A stretch of DNA of 64,000 nt from Pelagomonas calceolata (Eukaryota), in contig CAKKNE010000004.1 of NCBI GenBank assembly GCA_918797485.1, forward strand, positions 4,030,001 through 4,094,000, read 5' to 3'. Shown in pieces: positions 1 to 10,513 of the stretch. Below the pieces are notes generated by a model that saw only the letters and a list, made by a program, of their open reading frames with translations, was not told the DNA's origin and searched no databases. Numbering within the stretch: the first letter of the stretch is position 1; each line of letters begins with the position of its first letter. Position numbers and translations under genes: made by a program.

Positions 1-23
1 GGATAGGGCTCAGCCGCTCAGCC

Positions 24-365
24 TCAGCGCGTCTTGCGCTTGCTCTTCTTCTTGCTCTCGCCCTTGTACGCGGCCTTGAAGAGGCCGGTACCTAAAACGG
101 CGCCGAGCGCGGGGCCGGCCCAGTAGACGGCGATGGTCGCGGACTTGCCCGCGACGACGGAGAGCATGCTGACGGCGGGGTTGAATGCGCCGCCCGAGAC
201 GCCGCCGACCGTCGCCGCGGCGACGACGACGGCGAAGCCGATGGCGATGCCGAAGTAGTCGTTGTCCTTCGTGTCGTCGACGGTGGCGACGGAGAGCACC
301 GTGAAGCAGAGCAGCGCCGTGCCGACGAACTCGACGAAGAGCTTCTGTTGGAGCGACGGAGCCAT
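24..365 (-). CDS. Half-length aquaporin/MIP-family protein (3 TM helices, single NPA)
   Basis: 113 aa ORF with EFVGT, SGGAFNPAVS and YWAGPALG MIP motifs; has its own ATG and TGA stop. Confidence 0.8.
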   Translation of the reverse strand: MAPSLQQKLFVEFVGTALLCFTVLSVATVDDTKDNDYFGIAIGFAVVVAAATVGGVSGGAFNPAVSMLSVVAGKSATIAVYWAGPALGAVLGTGLFKAAYKGESKKKSKRKTR

Positions 366-708
366 CAGTGTGGTTTTAGAGCTTTCTGGGCTTGTGACGA
401 CGGTGAAGCGCGGGCGATTTTGCGCGCGCGGAGGTTCTCGATAGCTTTTTGCTGAGACTGTTTCTACTTTCCGGCTTTCTCGTGGCTAGCGAGCGAGCGC
501 GGGCGACCGGCAAATGAGTGAATAGATGCAACGACGCGATGGACGCGCGCGGGCGATGTTTTGCGCAAGCACGTGCGCCCAAAAAGCCCAGTGAGAGTGG
601 CATGAATGGTGAGCCCCAGCTCGGGGAGACGCCGCATTTATACAACAGGCGCATTAGTCGCGCACTAGATATTGACAAACTCATTAGTTCACACAGCAAG
701 AGAGAATC

Positions 709-789
709 GAGCGACAGTCGCGCGCGGGGTCGGGCGCCCGGAGTTTCGAGAACCTCCGGGCGCCGTCATGGACGCGCACCACGTCGCTC
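709..789 (-). promoter_or_regulatory. SECIS element of the SelU-like gene
   Basis: Minus strand: ATGAC (769-765), 11-bp stem GGCGCCCGGAG/CTCCGGGCGCC, then CGAC (732-729); lower helices GTGCGCG/CGCGCGC and GAGCGAC/GTCGCTC; lies directly 3' of a CDS with an in-frame UGA. Confidence 0.85.
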
Positions 790-1411
790 ACTTCTCGACG
801 CTGACGGCCTCGACGCCGACGACCGTTTCTATTTCCGGCAGGGCGGCGAGCAGCTCCTCCGTCGGCGGGTGGTCGCCGATCTCGGCCTCGGCGTGGGCGT
901 AGTACGGCTTGCCGCCCGTCTGTACCACATAGACGCCGCCGTGGACAAATCCCTCGCCGTCCAAATTACCTTTGTCGTCCTTGGCACGCTTGGCATTCTT
1001 GGAGAGGCGCGACCACGGGTTGGCAATCTTGGCCAGGACCGACGCCAGAGAGCTCTTGTTGGCCTTGCCGCCGCCTAAGGCGTTGTAGAACGCCCGCGGC
1101 TCGTCGAGGTACACAGGCGCGTCGGGCCAGCAGTAGTCACGGAAGGCCTGGACCTCGCTTACCTCTGCCCCGTGAAATGTTTTGTCCTCCTTGACGATGG
1201 CGTGTAGCTGAGCGCCCTTCGCCTCGAAGTCGCTCTTCCGCGCGTAGACCCGCTTGGCCTCCGCGCGGCAGATATGTCAGCCGGGGCGTCGCGCGACGAA
1301 GATGACCGCCGACGACTTCGCCCAGAGCTCCGACGCGGCGAAGGTGCTCTTGTGGCCCGTGAGGTCCACTAATAGAGCGCTGCCCGGCGGCGCGAGGGGG
1401 GCTTTCACCAT
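788..1411 (-). CDS. Selenoprotein U-like (PRXL2/FAM213, AhpC/TSA-2 thioredoxin fold), Sec at codon 45
   Basis: Track ORFs 1277..1498 and 788..1114 are in the same frame and are joined across TGA 1279-1277, giving FVARRPG-U-HICRAEA (family motif RRPGCxxCR). Also has the GNLDGEG...GGVYVV...EIGDHP C-terminal motifs and a downstream SECIS. Confidence 0.9.
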
Positions 1412-1852
1412 GCTGCTAAGCGTGCGGGCGGAGAGGACGCGCGCCGTGACGGTGTGAGGCAAGTTCCCAGAGTGTCGAGCTGTGGCACCGGACGGCAAGA
1501 CAGGGCGCAGCCGCAGCGGTGCTCTACAAGCCGTGGAGGTCTCCTAGCAGCGGCGCGGTCACACAGAGCCCTGCACTCTGCTGTGTTCGCAATGCAAAAA
1601 AAAACGCGTCATTGATAATCGCGCTAGCGTCATGTAACACACTAGAAAATCAAGCCAGCTGCTAAAAACGAGTCGTAGCGCGCTGACGCAGGTTAGCGTT
1701 GCACGAAGGACGCCCTAGAGGGACCTCATCTTGTAGACTTGCCCCATACGGGAATTACAATTGTCTCCGACCGCCGTAGCAGCAGCGCCAGCAAAGGCTC
1801 TCCGACAGCCACCAAGAGAGCAAGCCGCGCGCGATCGTACGCATCCACACTC

Positions 1853-3040
1853 ATGGCGGCCGACGACGAGAAAACCGTGATAAAACAACTCCTAGACGCC
1901 GACGCCGACGGCAAGCTGACCTTCGAGGACGCGAAAGCGATCGCCGCCAAGATGGCCGCGAGCGCCCGGAAGCGAATCGTGACGTTACTCGACGAAGACG
2001 GCGACGGCGAGATCTCGTGGGCCGAGATCGAGGGCGGCGCCCGCGGCGCCTTCCACCGCTGCGAGGAGGCCGTGACGCGGGCCTGGCGCGTGCTCGAACC
2101 GCACAAGACGAAACTGCTGGCGGGCGCTGGCATCATTTCCTGCTTCCATGGCGCGAATTTCAAGTACACGATCCTGTTTGCGGGTAGCTTCCAGACGACG
2201 GCGTGGCCGCGCGTCAGCCCTGCACTCACAGCACTGGCGTCGTCGTACAAGGCCGGCAAGCGCGAGTTCGCGGCGAACGCACCACAACTGAAAGCGGCGC
2301 GTGACACCCTGCGGCGCTGCTCGCGCGAGCTCGAGGCGTGCAAAGATGATGACGCGGCGCGTGCGCGCCTTATCGCCGAGGCCGCGCACGCGGCCTTATT
2401 GCTGCGCAAGACGAGCAGTTCGTTATTCGCGGCCATCGACGGGCCCAAGTTACTGGTTGTATGCAAAGAGGCCTACCTGGGCACATTCGCCGCGTTTGCA
2501 GCGGTACTGTCCTCGACGGCTGCGAAAGTGGGAGTAGGAATCGGGCTCGGAACGAAGCTCGCAAACGCCGTCAACGCCGTCGTCGCGCCGGCCGTGGCGA
2601 AGATGTTGCGCACGTTACGCGACCGCGCCCTCGCGAACAAGGACATCCAGCAGGCACTCGAGGACATGTCCGAGGCTGCAGGCGTCGACGACGATGATGT
2701 CAGAGGATGGGTCGAGAGCGTCATCGGTCTTTGCGCTTCAGCGCTCGGCATCTATGTCGCCCACCGCCTCGACGACGTCGTCTTCCTCTACGGCGCGTGC
2801 GGCGCCGGCGCAGCGCTGGCGGTGGACAAGTGCGCGGAGCTGGGCTTCTCGTTCAAGCCGCGTACTAGACACCTCGTCGTCGGCGCGCTCGCGGGTGCAG
2901 GATTTGCCTACCAGACGACGGGCATCGGGCCCGGCCTCCCGTTCTTCGTCCGCTGGCCGCTGCTCCCGTTCCGCGCGTCGGAGGCCTGCTTGTCGTCGTT
3001 GGCCTACGGCATCCGCGCCGCCGACGCGCGGGCGGCGTGA
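1853..3040 (+). CDS. Membrane protein with N-terminal EF-hand-like motifs, function unknown
   Basis: DADADGKLTFED and DEDGDGEISWAE loops; several hydrophobic segments. Confidence 0.7.
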   Translation: MAADDEKTVIKQLLDADADGKLTFEDAKAIAAKMAASARKRIVTLLDEDGDGEISWAEIEGGARGAFHRCEEAVTRAWRVLEPHKTKLLAGAGIISCFHGANFKYTILFAGSFQTTAWPRVSPALTALASSYKAGKREFAANAPQLKAARDTLRRCSRELEACKDDDAARARLIAEAAHAALLLRKTSSSLFAAIDGPKLLVVCKEAYLGTFAAFAAVLSSTAAKVGVGIGLGTKLANAVNAVVAPAVAKMLRTLRDRALANKDIQQALEDMSEAAGVDDDDVRGWVESVIGLCASALGIYVAHRLDDVVFLYGACGAGAALAVDKCAELGFSFKPRTRHLVVGALAGAGFAYQTTGIGPGLPFFVRWPLLPFRASEACLSSLAYGIRAADARAA

Positions 3041-3270
3041 GATCACTCTCGGCCGACCGACGCGGACGACGCCGGGGCGCGCCCTGTATAGTTGTGTTTG
3101 CTGTTCATTCCGCATATTCTTTCACGGTGCTAGGACTAGTTGGTGGAGCCCCCCTGGGGGGAGAGACCGCGTAGCCATCACGCCAAAAACCCGTCACCAA
3201 GCAAAAAAGCATCACAGTCCGGAGGAGCTGCCGCTGCCTGGGCAGCCGAAAGAATGGAGCAATAGGCAGC

Positions 3271-4452
3271 ATGATGAAGCTATGGCTCTGCGCCGCCGCC
3301 GCGGCCACCGCTAATTACGCGGAACACAGCGCCGAGCGCCTCCAAACACAGCGTGACAAATGCCCCTGGACCGCAGCCATCAAAAATGACGGAGGAGGCG
3401 ACGAAATAGCTTATGAAAGAGCGCCCACGGGCCTCGCGGACATCTTTTCGTCGATGCTCACGGCCTTTTGGTACGCGACGCTCGCCCGGCGGCCGCTCGC
3501 CGTGCACTGGCCGGAGAGCATCAATACGGTCGACATTGCGAGAAGGACGCAATACAACCGGCCCCACCGCCTGAACGCGAACGAGACCTACTTCAAGAGG
3601 ACCACGGAGAACTTCAAGGCGAATCTTGAAAGGCGCATCACGACGGGCGACTGGCCTCGAGGGAGGTGGACGCTCTCGGGCAATCGCGGCATTAGTGGCT
3701 GGCTCTTCGCGAACCATAGACACGCGCTGAACGCGTCGGGCGTCGATGCGAGGGACGCCATCCATGCGGCGGGCTGCGCTTTGTACATGTTGGCGCGGCC
3801 TCATGTACAAGCGTACGAGAAGACCGTCGCGCCCTTGCTGGCGAAGCTCGAAACCGCGAAGAAGAAGGGTCCTGTCGTGTGCGTCCACGCGCGGACGGGT
3901 CTCATGCCCGAGCTGCGCCGGGTCGACAACGGCAAGCGCACGCGGCCCGACGACGAGATGCACGGGACGCGTTCATCAAGCATTACTATAGATGACGTGC
4001 GCGGCGTCGTGAATTGCGCCCAAGACGCGGAGCGGGAGGCCGGCGGCGCGGCGTCCTGGTTCATCGCCGCGGACTCGGCTTCGCTCCGGGCGGACTTCGC
4101 CGAGAAGTTCCCCGGCAAAATCCTGCTCGCGGACTGGGCGCCGGACCCCTTCGCGGCGTACCAGGTCGGCGGCGGGTCGCGCGGCGGCGGCCGGCGGCGG
4201 CCGCGCGCCCGAGCGGAGCCGGGCCAGCTGCGCGAGGCCCTGGCGCGCACCTTCGCCGAGTGGTACGCGCTGTCGCGCTGCGACCACCTCGTCGCCTCGC
4301 GGAGCGGCTTCTCGCGGACGGCCGCGGCCGTCGCGGTCGCGACGCGGAACGCGACGGTGCGCTACGTCGGGCGGCTCGACGCGCCCTGCCGGCGGGCCGA
4401 CGCCGGGTCGTCCACCGAGCGGTTGCTCGTCGAGGGCGGGGCGGGGCTCTGA
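3271..4452 (+). CDS. Secreted fucosyltransferase-like glycosyltransferase (GT-B fold)
   Basis: Signal peptide; VCVHARTG, FIAADS and EWYALSRCDHLVASRSGFS resemble alpha-2/alpha-6 fucosyltransferase motifs I-III. Confidence 0.65.
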   Translation: MMKLWLCAAAAATANYAEHSAERLQTQRDKCPWTAAIKNDGGGDEIAYERAPTGLADIFSSMLTAFWYATLARRPLAVHWPESINTVDIARRTQYNRPHRLNANETYFKRTTENFKANLERRITTGDWPRGRWTLSGNRGISGWLFANHRHALNASGVDARDAIHAAGCALYMLARPHVQAYEKTVAPLLAKLETAKKKGPVVCVHARTGLMPELRRVDNGKRTRPDDEMHGTRSSSITIDDVRGVVNCAQDAEREAGGAASWFIAADSASLRADFAEKFPGKILLADWAPDPFAAYQVGGGSRGGGRRRPRARAEPGQLREALARTFAEWYALSRCDHLVASRSGFSRTAAAVAVATRNATVRYVGRLDAPCRRADAGSSTERLLVEGGAGL

Positions 4453-4807
4453 CGATTGTGTAATGTGGTTTGCGTGTCGATGCGTTTGCGCCCGCCGCGC
4501 GTTCTATCGGATGGAGGGGCAACCCGTGAGTTTCGTTTTGTCCACGCGATCTCCTAGTCCGGTTTGACGTGTCACACGACGGCTGCGCATCGCGCCGCAA
4601 AACCCGCGATTTGCGAGGCTCGGTTGCTGTGACCTACGCGGCGCCCTCACGGCTCACACCGATACGCTATCGCTGCGACGTCGTCGACAGCGTAAACCAC
4701 AACCTTGCTATAAAGGCTGCGGACCATCATCGCTGCTGGTGTAGCACTTTTGCAGCACTTTTGCAGCAGTAGCAACATACTTGCAGCAGCGCCGCCGACA
4801 GACAACC

Positions 4808-5092
4808 ATGCCCGCCCCGCGAGCGACAAGGTTGCGCTCCGACAAGCACTCGCAGAAGGTGACGAAGCGCGGCGTCGTCTCCGACAAGAAGGAGAAGAAG
4901 GGCAAGGCGCCCATCGGCCCGCTGATGATCGGGTTCTTCCTCTTCGTCGTCGTCGGGTCCTCCGTGCTGCAGATCGTCCAGATGGCGGGCATGGGCGGCA
5001 AGATCGCGCAGCAGATGGAGAACCAGCAGCCGCGCGCCGAGCCGCAGCCGCGGCCGCGCAAGAAGAAGCCGACGCCCGCGGCGGACCCCTGA
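4808..5092 (+). CDS. RAMP4/SERP1-like stress-associated ER protein
   Basis: KHSQKVTKRG...PIGPLMIGFFLFVVVGSSVLQI matches the RAMP4 pattern. Confidence 0.8.
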   Translation: MPAPRATRLRSDKHSQKVTKRGVVSDKKEKKGKAPIGPLMIGFFLFVVVGSSVLQIVQMAGMGGKIAQQMENQQPRAEPQPRPRKKKPTPAADP

Positions 5093-5112
5093 GTGACTAG
5101 TCACCGAGTAAG

Positions 5113-5694
5113 TTACGAGGAGAGGCGGGGCACAAGCATCGGGCGGACGAGGTTTTCCGCCCCGCTCGGCGCGCATACTAAGAGAGACATCTCCTTCTCC
5201 GGGTCGAAGGACTCCGTCTGTTCCAGGGTCGTCGCGTAGATGGCGTTGTCGCCCGGCGCTTCCAGAATCTGAGCGACCATGGGCCGTAGTTGCTCGATGG
5301 GCAGGTAGGAGATGTCGAGCTCGACACCATTACTACTCATCCTTGTCATCAGATTTTGCTTGTCGCCTAGAATAACAAGCGTGTCGACGGTCGGGCATTT
5401 GAACATGATGAGCCGTCGTTTATCGATCCCTTTGGCCGTGGCGTCCTCATCAAAACCGCGCAGCATCCTGTTCACGTCGGCGTCCTCCGAAAAGAGCTTG
5501 ACGATCCGCGCGAACCGATCCACGTCGTCCGGGCAGTACTTCGCCGTGACGGCGGCGAGGAGCTGAGCTTCTCTTCCTTTAAACTTTGTCAGGAGCGCGT
5601 CGACCTCGTTCAGTTTATCCGGGTCGTGGCGCGCGTAGAGTTGCTTTATCGCGGCCGCGGCGTCGACCGGCGGCTCTTTCGGCGGCTGGCACAT
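5113..5694 (-). CDS. Hypothetical protein
   Basis: 193 aa ATG-initiated ORF with coding-like composition; N-terminal helical motif YARHDPDKLNEVDALLTKFKGRE. Confidence 0.65.
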   Translation of the reverse strand: MCQPPKEPPVDAAAAIKQLYARHDPDKLNEVDALLTKFKGREAQLLAAVTAKYCPDDVDRFARIVKLFSEDADVNRMLRGFDEDATAKGIDKRRLIMFKCPTVDTLVILGDKQNLMTRMSSNGVELDISYLPIEQLRPMVAQILEAPGDNAIYATTLEQTESFDPEKEMSLLVCAPSGAENLVRPMLVPRLSS

Positions 5695-6057
5695 CTTTGA
5701 GCGTGAACGCTAATGCTCCACTGCGGGTCGCGGCGATGGCGTGCAGCGATTGCGCTTGCTCTAAAACGCACTTGGCTGCAAGCACGCTCTCGCGGGCCTT
5801 AGGCGTCGAGTTGTGCTTTCAAACTTCTGCAGCAGCGCGCAGGGACCACCAGCGATCCTTCTTAGAGCTCCACGGTACGATAACGCCTCACAGGCACGGC
5901 TGCGTGCAGATGTGTACCTTGTCATGCGGCCTGCTAGTGCCTCATGCCGCTAGCTCACGAATCAAACCGATAGACTGCAGTCATTCGGAAGAAGGATAAT
6001 TGGAAATTGTAAGCCCCTTACGCCCGCCGCCGCGCAAACAAAGGAGACCAAGGCAAC

Positions 6058-6393
6058 TCACTTGCCGCCGCCCCCGCAGTCCAGGCGCCGGATCTTGTGG
6101 AACTCCTCGGGACAAAAGAGCTTGTAGTCGTTCTCTCCACTATCGACCTGGAACTCCATCTTGTCGCCGTCGCGCCCATCGAGGATCGCGTAGCGCCACG
6201 TGCCGTCCGAACGCTGCACCACAGCTAATTCCCCCAGCCGAATGCGGACGACATCATCATAAGACGAGGAGGACGTGTCGTAGTCGTCATCCGAACAGAC
6301 GCGGCCCATGGTGCGCTCGCCGCTGGCCTTGCCCTCGCCCTTGCCCTCGCCGCCCTTCTCGTCCTCGCTGTCGCTTTTTGATTCCGACGGCAT
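6058..6393 (-). CDS. Small hypothetical protein, possibly an SH3/Tudor-like barrel
   Basis: 111 aa ORF; IRLGELAVVQRSDGTWRYAIL beta-rich segment. Confidence 0.55.
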   Translation of the reverse strand: MPSESKSDSEDEKGGEGKGEGKASGERTMGRVCSDDDYDTSSSSYDDVVRIRLGELAVVQRSDGTWRYAILDGRDGDKMEFQVDSGENDYKLFCPEEFHKIRRLDCGGGGK

Positions 6394-6880
6394 GGCCGCT
6401 GTGGATCACAGTGCTGTGTGGCGGTTGCGCAGCCGCCCTCACTTAATGCGTCGCGCCGCCGGCGGGCCCGAGCGGCGGCGGGCAGCCCCTCTGCTGCTTG
6501 GTGGGGATGCGGCGGTCCCCGCCCGGTGCAAGCTGGGCAGTGCTTTGTGCAAGGCACCCCGTCGACCACTATCGATCGGTGCCAACGCGTCGACCCCGCA
6601 ACACGTCAAGCTGACACGCGCCGTTCTCGTTATGGCTTTCAACTCATCAAAGCCAGCCCCGCACGACGCTCAGTTGATACAGCTACACAGGCGCCAGCAG
6701 TAGCTATGGCACGCGTCGCAGGGAGGGATATGCCCGCGAGGCAAGGGCGCCCCATCTGGCGACACCCGACACATGGGCATCTTCCAACCATAGCTGGCGG
6801 CGTTGGTCGTCGGCGGGAGCGGCATCTAATTGCTCCCCACGCAACGCCGCAAGTCCCACCAGCACGCAAGCCCATAAAGC

Positions 6881-8038
6881 ATGGGCGCCGCTGCTTCGAT
6901 CGAAGGGGCAGCGCCGGCGCCAGCCCCCTTGGCGGTCGACGAGGCGCCCGCGCCGCCAATGAAAAACGAGGACGACGACTGGTCCTGGCGGCGGCTCGAA
7001 TTAGGACGCTTCACCGTGCGCGGCGTCGACGTCGTGGGCTGCGGCGCCCACTGCGTCGTGCGGAAGGACGAGACCGGGTCGGTCGCGGTCAAGTATTATG
7101 GAGGCGACGACGCGGCGGAGAGGCTCGCGCGCGAGGTCCGGCGACTCAAGCAGTTGGATGAGAACCGGATCATTGCATATGGCAGCAATGACGAAGGCCG
7201 CTGCTTACTCGCCTCGCCATTGTACGAGGACGCGCTCGCGGACCACGTCTGTGGACTGTGCTCCAGAGCCGCTCCAGCAGGTGCGGTGGCCCGCATCGTG
7301 CGAGATATCGCGCAAGCCTTAGCCCATGCGCATGCGTTGGGCATCGTGCACGGCGACGTCAAGCCGGCGAACGTAGCACGAAAGAATCGAAACGAGCCGT
7401 GGGTGCTGCTCGACTGGGACGACGCGCTCGACGTGGGTTCTTGTACGTCTCTAAGCTTCTTCACGGAGTTATATGCGGCGCCCGAATGCCTCCTCATGGA
7501 CGAGCTGGCGATCACACCATCAATAGACGTGTGGGGGCTGGGCGCGACGGCTTTGGAGGCCCTGACCGCGGGCGCGCATCCCCTATCGGGCGAGCTCGAC
7601 GCGCGGGGCGCCGGCTTCGCGAGTTGGTTGGGATGCGCGTCGGCCGACGCGGTCGATGCGTTCTGGGCTTCCTTTGGAGAGGGTCCCGTGCTGGATTTCG
7701 TGAGAACGTTGTGCGCGCTCGACGCGGCGGCGAGGCCCGCCGCGTCAGTCGTCGCCGCGACGGCGCTTGAACTTACGGCGTCGCTGCCCGAGGGCGACGT
7801 AGACGCGCCGGAGGAGGCGCCGGCGCCGACGCGGCGGCGGCGGGCCTTTTCGTTCTTCCGCGACGAGTTCCTGCCGGAGCGGCTCGCGGCGGGCGTCGAG
7901 CGCAAACGGGCGGTACGCGAGTTGACGAAGGAGTTCGCGGCTCTGAAGCGAACCGACGCCGAGGCGGTGGCGGTGTACGCCTCCCGCGCGAGCGCCGCGA
8001 ACGGTGAGCTGAGCCCGGTGGTCGTTAGCGTGCGGTAA
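6881..8038 (+). CDS. Ser/Thr protein kinase with C-terminal HMG-box-like segment
   Basis: GCGAHC, VAVK, HGDVKPAN, DWD in place of DFG, YAAPE, DVWGLG; C-terminal RRAFSFFRDE...ELTKEFAAL...Y. Confidence 0.75.
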   Translation: MGAAASIEGAAPAPAPLAVDEAPAPPMKNEDDDWSWRRLELGRFTVRGVDVVGCGAHCVVRKDETGSVAVKYYGGDDAAERLAREVRRLKQLDENRIIAYGSNDEGRCLLASPLYEDALADHVCGLCSRAAPAGAVARIVRDIAQALAHAHALGIVHGDVKPANVARKNRNEPWVLLDWDDALDVGSCTSLSFFTELYAAPECLLMDELAITPSIDVWGLGATALEALTAGAHPLSGELDARGAGFASWLGCASADAVDAFWASFGEGPVLDFVRTLCALDAAARPAASVVAATALELTASLPEGDVDAPEEAPAPTRRRRAFSFFRDEFLPERLAAGVERKRAVRELTKEFAALKRTDAEAVAVYASRASAANGELSPVVVSVR

Positions 8039-8285
8039 TGTTGTTTTGTTGATGAATGCCTTTTTTCTAGTGTGTCAATAAGCCGCTAGCTCGCATCCAT
8101 GCGCTGGCACTCAGTTCACTGTACAGCGGTGCATATACGAGCTGGCTACCCTGCCAAGGGGTTTATTTTCGACTGCTTCTGGCTGCGACAACACAAGTTA
8201 CAGACGTGCGACCGTCAATTTTAAGAATCTTTGCTTGGAGAGCTAGCCACCTAAACACCACTCCGACGCGAGGCCTGCATCAATC

Positions 8286-9497
8286 ATGTCAACAAAAGCC
8301 TCATACCTACTGCTTGCCTCATCGGTCGCATCGGTCGCATCGCTGCTGAACCCGGCGCCTCGACTACATCGAACCTTTCGCCGTCACACTGGAGACGTTT
8401 CACGATACAACTCGCCGACCGCTGACAATTATCTTGCATCGCTCTCCAGCGCGCCAGCGGCAGCGGAGGTTTCACCGCCGTACGAGCCGTCGTGGGAGGA
8501 GTTGACGCAGGTGCCGGTTACACTTAACGCGAACGACTGGACGGCACTCGGTAAAGCGAAGCGACTCGCGGTGCTGTGTCGTCTCTCGGTGGTGCATCTT
8601 ACGGTGATCTCTTGTGCGTCCGGCGGCCTGCTCGCGGGTGCAGCTGGCAAAGGCAACGCACTACGGTCTACGCTCTGGACCGCGACGTTGTGTCTCTGGC
8701 ACCTCTCGCACAATGTCATTAATGATTTGCAGGACCTCGACGTGGGCCGCGACGAATCAAAGGGCGCGTTCCGTCGGTCATACGGCTGCCACCCGGTGGC
8801 TCAGGGGTTCGTCTCAAGGAAAGATGCTATGAAAGTCGTCTTCGCGTTGACGGCGGCCGCAGCAGCCGGGAGCGCGGCCTCGGTGGCACTGGCGCCGGCC
8901 TGCGCGTGGGCTATCCCTGCGGGTCTCGCCGCGACGCTGCTATACACGCCGCTCGCCAAGCCGTGCGCCCTCGGCGAGCTACTAGTGTACCTGGTCTGGG
9001 GCCCGGCCATGGTCGGCGGTGGTTATGCGGCCACGGCGGGCGTGCACTCACCAAGCGTTACGTGGCTCGCGTCCTTGCCGCTCGGACTTGGAGCCTTCGC
9101 GATGATATTTGGCAAGCATATCGACAAGATCGCCGAGCCGGTGCGGACGTTGCCCAAATTGCTCGGCAAAAGGTTGGCGAAGGCCACCGCGGTGTCCGCA
9201 CTGATAGGCCAGCACGTCGCGTCCCTGCTGCTCGTCCGCGCGGGCATTCTCCCGGCTGCGTGCCTGCTCTCACTTGCATCTCTGCCGTTCGAGACGCGCG
9301 CCGCCGTGCGTATACTTCTCACGGAGGAGCCACCGGCCGAGAAGCCGTCGCCGGATGTCTCATACCGCGGGTCGATGCTCCCCTTCGTCCCTGCGAAAGC
9401 GTGGCCGCTCTGGTATGTCGCGGTCGCGGGCTGGCAGGCGGTCGTCTACGGCTACTGGTTCACGCTGGGGCTCGGGGCCGCGGCGATTCGCGCGTGA
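8286..9497 (+). CDS. UbiA-family prenyltransferase (MenA-like), probably plastid-targeted
   Basis: Signal plus transit-like N-terminus; HNVINDLQD...GRD motif; YTP...LGELLVYLVWGP; multiple TM segments. Confidence 0.8.
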   Translation: MSTKASYLLLASSVASVASLLNPAPRLHRTFRRHTGDVSRYNSPTADNYLASLSSAPAAAEVSPPYEPSWEELTQVPVTLNANDWTALGKAKRLAVLCRLSVVHLTVISCASGGLLAGAAGKGNALRSTLWTATLCLWHLSHNVINDLQDLDVGRDESKGAFRRSYGCHPVAQGFVSRKDAMKVVFALTAAAAAGSAASVALAPACAWAIPAGLAATLLYTPLAKPCALGELLVYLVWGPAMVGGGYAATAGVHSPSVTWLASLPLGLGAFAMIFGKHIDKIAEPVRTLPKLLGKRLAKATAVSALIGQHVASLLLVRAGILPAACLLSLASLPFETRAAVRILLTEEPPAEKPSPDVSYRGSMLPFVPAKAWPLWYVAVAGWQAVVYGYWFTLGLGAAAIRA

Positions 9498-9515
9498 TTA
9501 TTGTGTATTTACTGT

Positions 9516-10166
9516 CTACTTCTTGCCGAACGCCGCCCGAGCCTTCGCCAGCTCGTCGTTGGGGTCGTAGAGGAATTCGTCGAACTTCCTCCCGGACGAG
9601 CGCGCCTGGGGCTTCGAGGGAGCGAATTGGATGCCTCCGGGAGTTCCCGGGGCGCCCTGGGACTGGCGCTTCGGCTTGTTGAACGTCGGCGGCGGGGCCT
9701 TGGCCTTCGGCGGCGGCGCTTTTTTCGAGGGCTTCGGCGGCGGCGGAGCGGCTTTCTTCGTTTTCGCGGCCGGCTTGGCGCCGCCGAACGAGAACGAGGG
9801 CTTCTTGGCCGGCGCGGGCGGGGCCTTGCCCTTCGAGGGCTTCGGCGGCGGCGGAGCGGCTTTCTTGGCTTTTGCGGCCGGCTTGGCGCCGCCAAAGGAG
9901 AACCCGCCCTTGGCAGGCGCGGGGGGCGCGGCCTTCGGCTTGGCCGCGAACGGATTCGCGAAGGCCGCTTTCTTCGCAGCGGGTGCCGCCTTGCCCTTCG
10001 GCGGCGCAACGACCTTCTTGATGCCTTTCGTTGACGCGGCGACGGCCTTCGCCTTGGGAGGTGGCTTGGCGCCCTTCGACGCGGTGGCGGCCGGCTTCGG
10101 CTTGCTTAAAAAATTGAAGCCATGGCAGCCGACGGTCGCTAGGAGAAGAATGGCGACGGTACGCAT
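9516..10166 (-). CDS. Pro/Ala/Lys-rich disordered protein with bipartite plastid-type presequence
   Basis: MRTVAILLLATVGCHG-FNF; FSFGGAKPAAK repeats; GIQFAPSKP near the C-terminus. Confidence 0.75.
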   Translation of the reverse strand: MRTVAILLLATVGCHGFNFLSKPKPAATASKGAKPPPKAKAVAASTKGIKKVVAPPKGKAAPAAKKAAFANPFAAKPKAAPPAPAKGGFSFGGAKPAAKAKKAAPPPPKPSKGKAPPAPAKKPSFSFGGAKPAAKTKKAAPPPPKPSKKAPPPKAKAPPPTFNKPKRQSQGAPGTPGGIQFAPSKPQARSSGRKFDEFLYDPNDELAKARAAFGKK

Positions 10167-10513
10167 TGTTTGAGGAGTACCTGCGATGTACGACACGGTG
10201 ACGACGACGAGCAGCTAGCGCTTGGCATGCTGCCAATGCAGCATGCATTTTTGTCGCGACAAAAAGGAATTCAAGAGCTTAGTGGCTCAAATGACGGCAC
10301 GAAGGTCATTCGGAAGGCGCCTGATTCGGCTGCTGCGCCGCTGGGCTGCTGTGCAGCACGCACGAGGCGTAAAGACAAACAACGTCGTCTCTGTAGAGAT
10401 TGGCACACGCCGTAGGGAGAGCCGGAGAGTGAGGACAGCCGAGGCATCCTTGCAACGAGGCCCTCGCGGAAGTCGCGGAGGCCCCGAACCAAGAGACTAA
10501 TCTCCCAACCAAA

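Noticed and set aside
5940..5990. ATGAC...TGAG on the minus strand downstream of the 6058 gene (which ends in TGA) as a SECIS
   Set aside because: Helix II pairs poorly
10291..10325. ATGAC...TGAT on the plus strand as a SECIS
   Set aside because: Only about 3 bp pair next to the core, and it is antisense to the flanking genes
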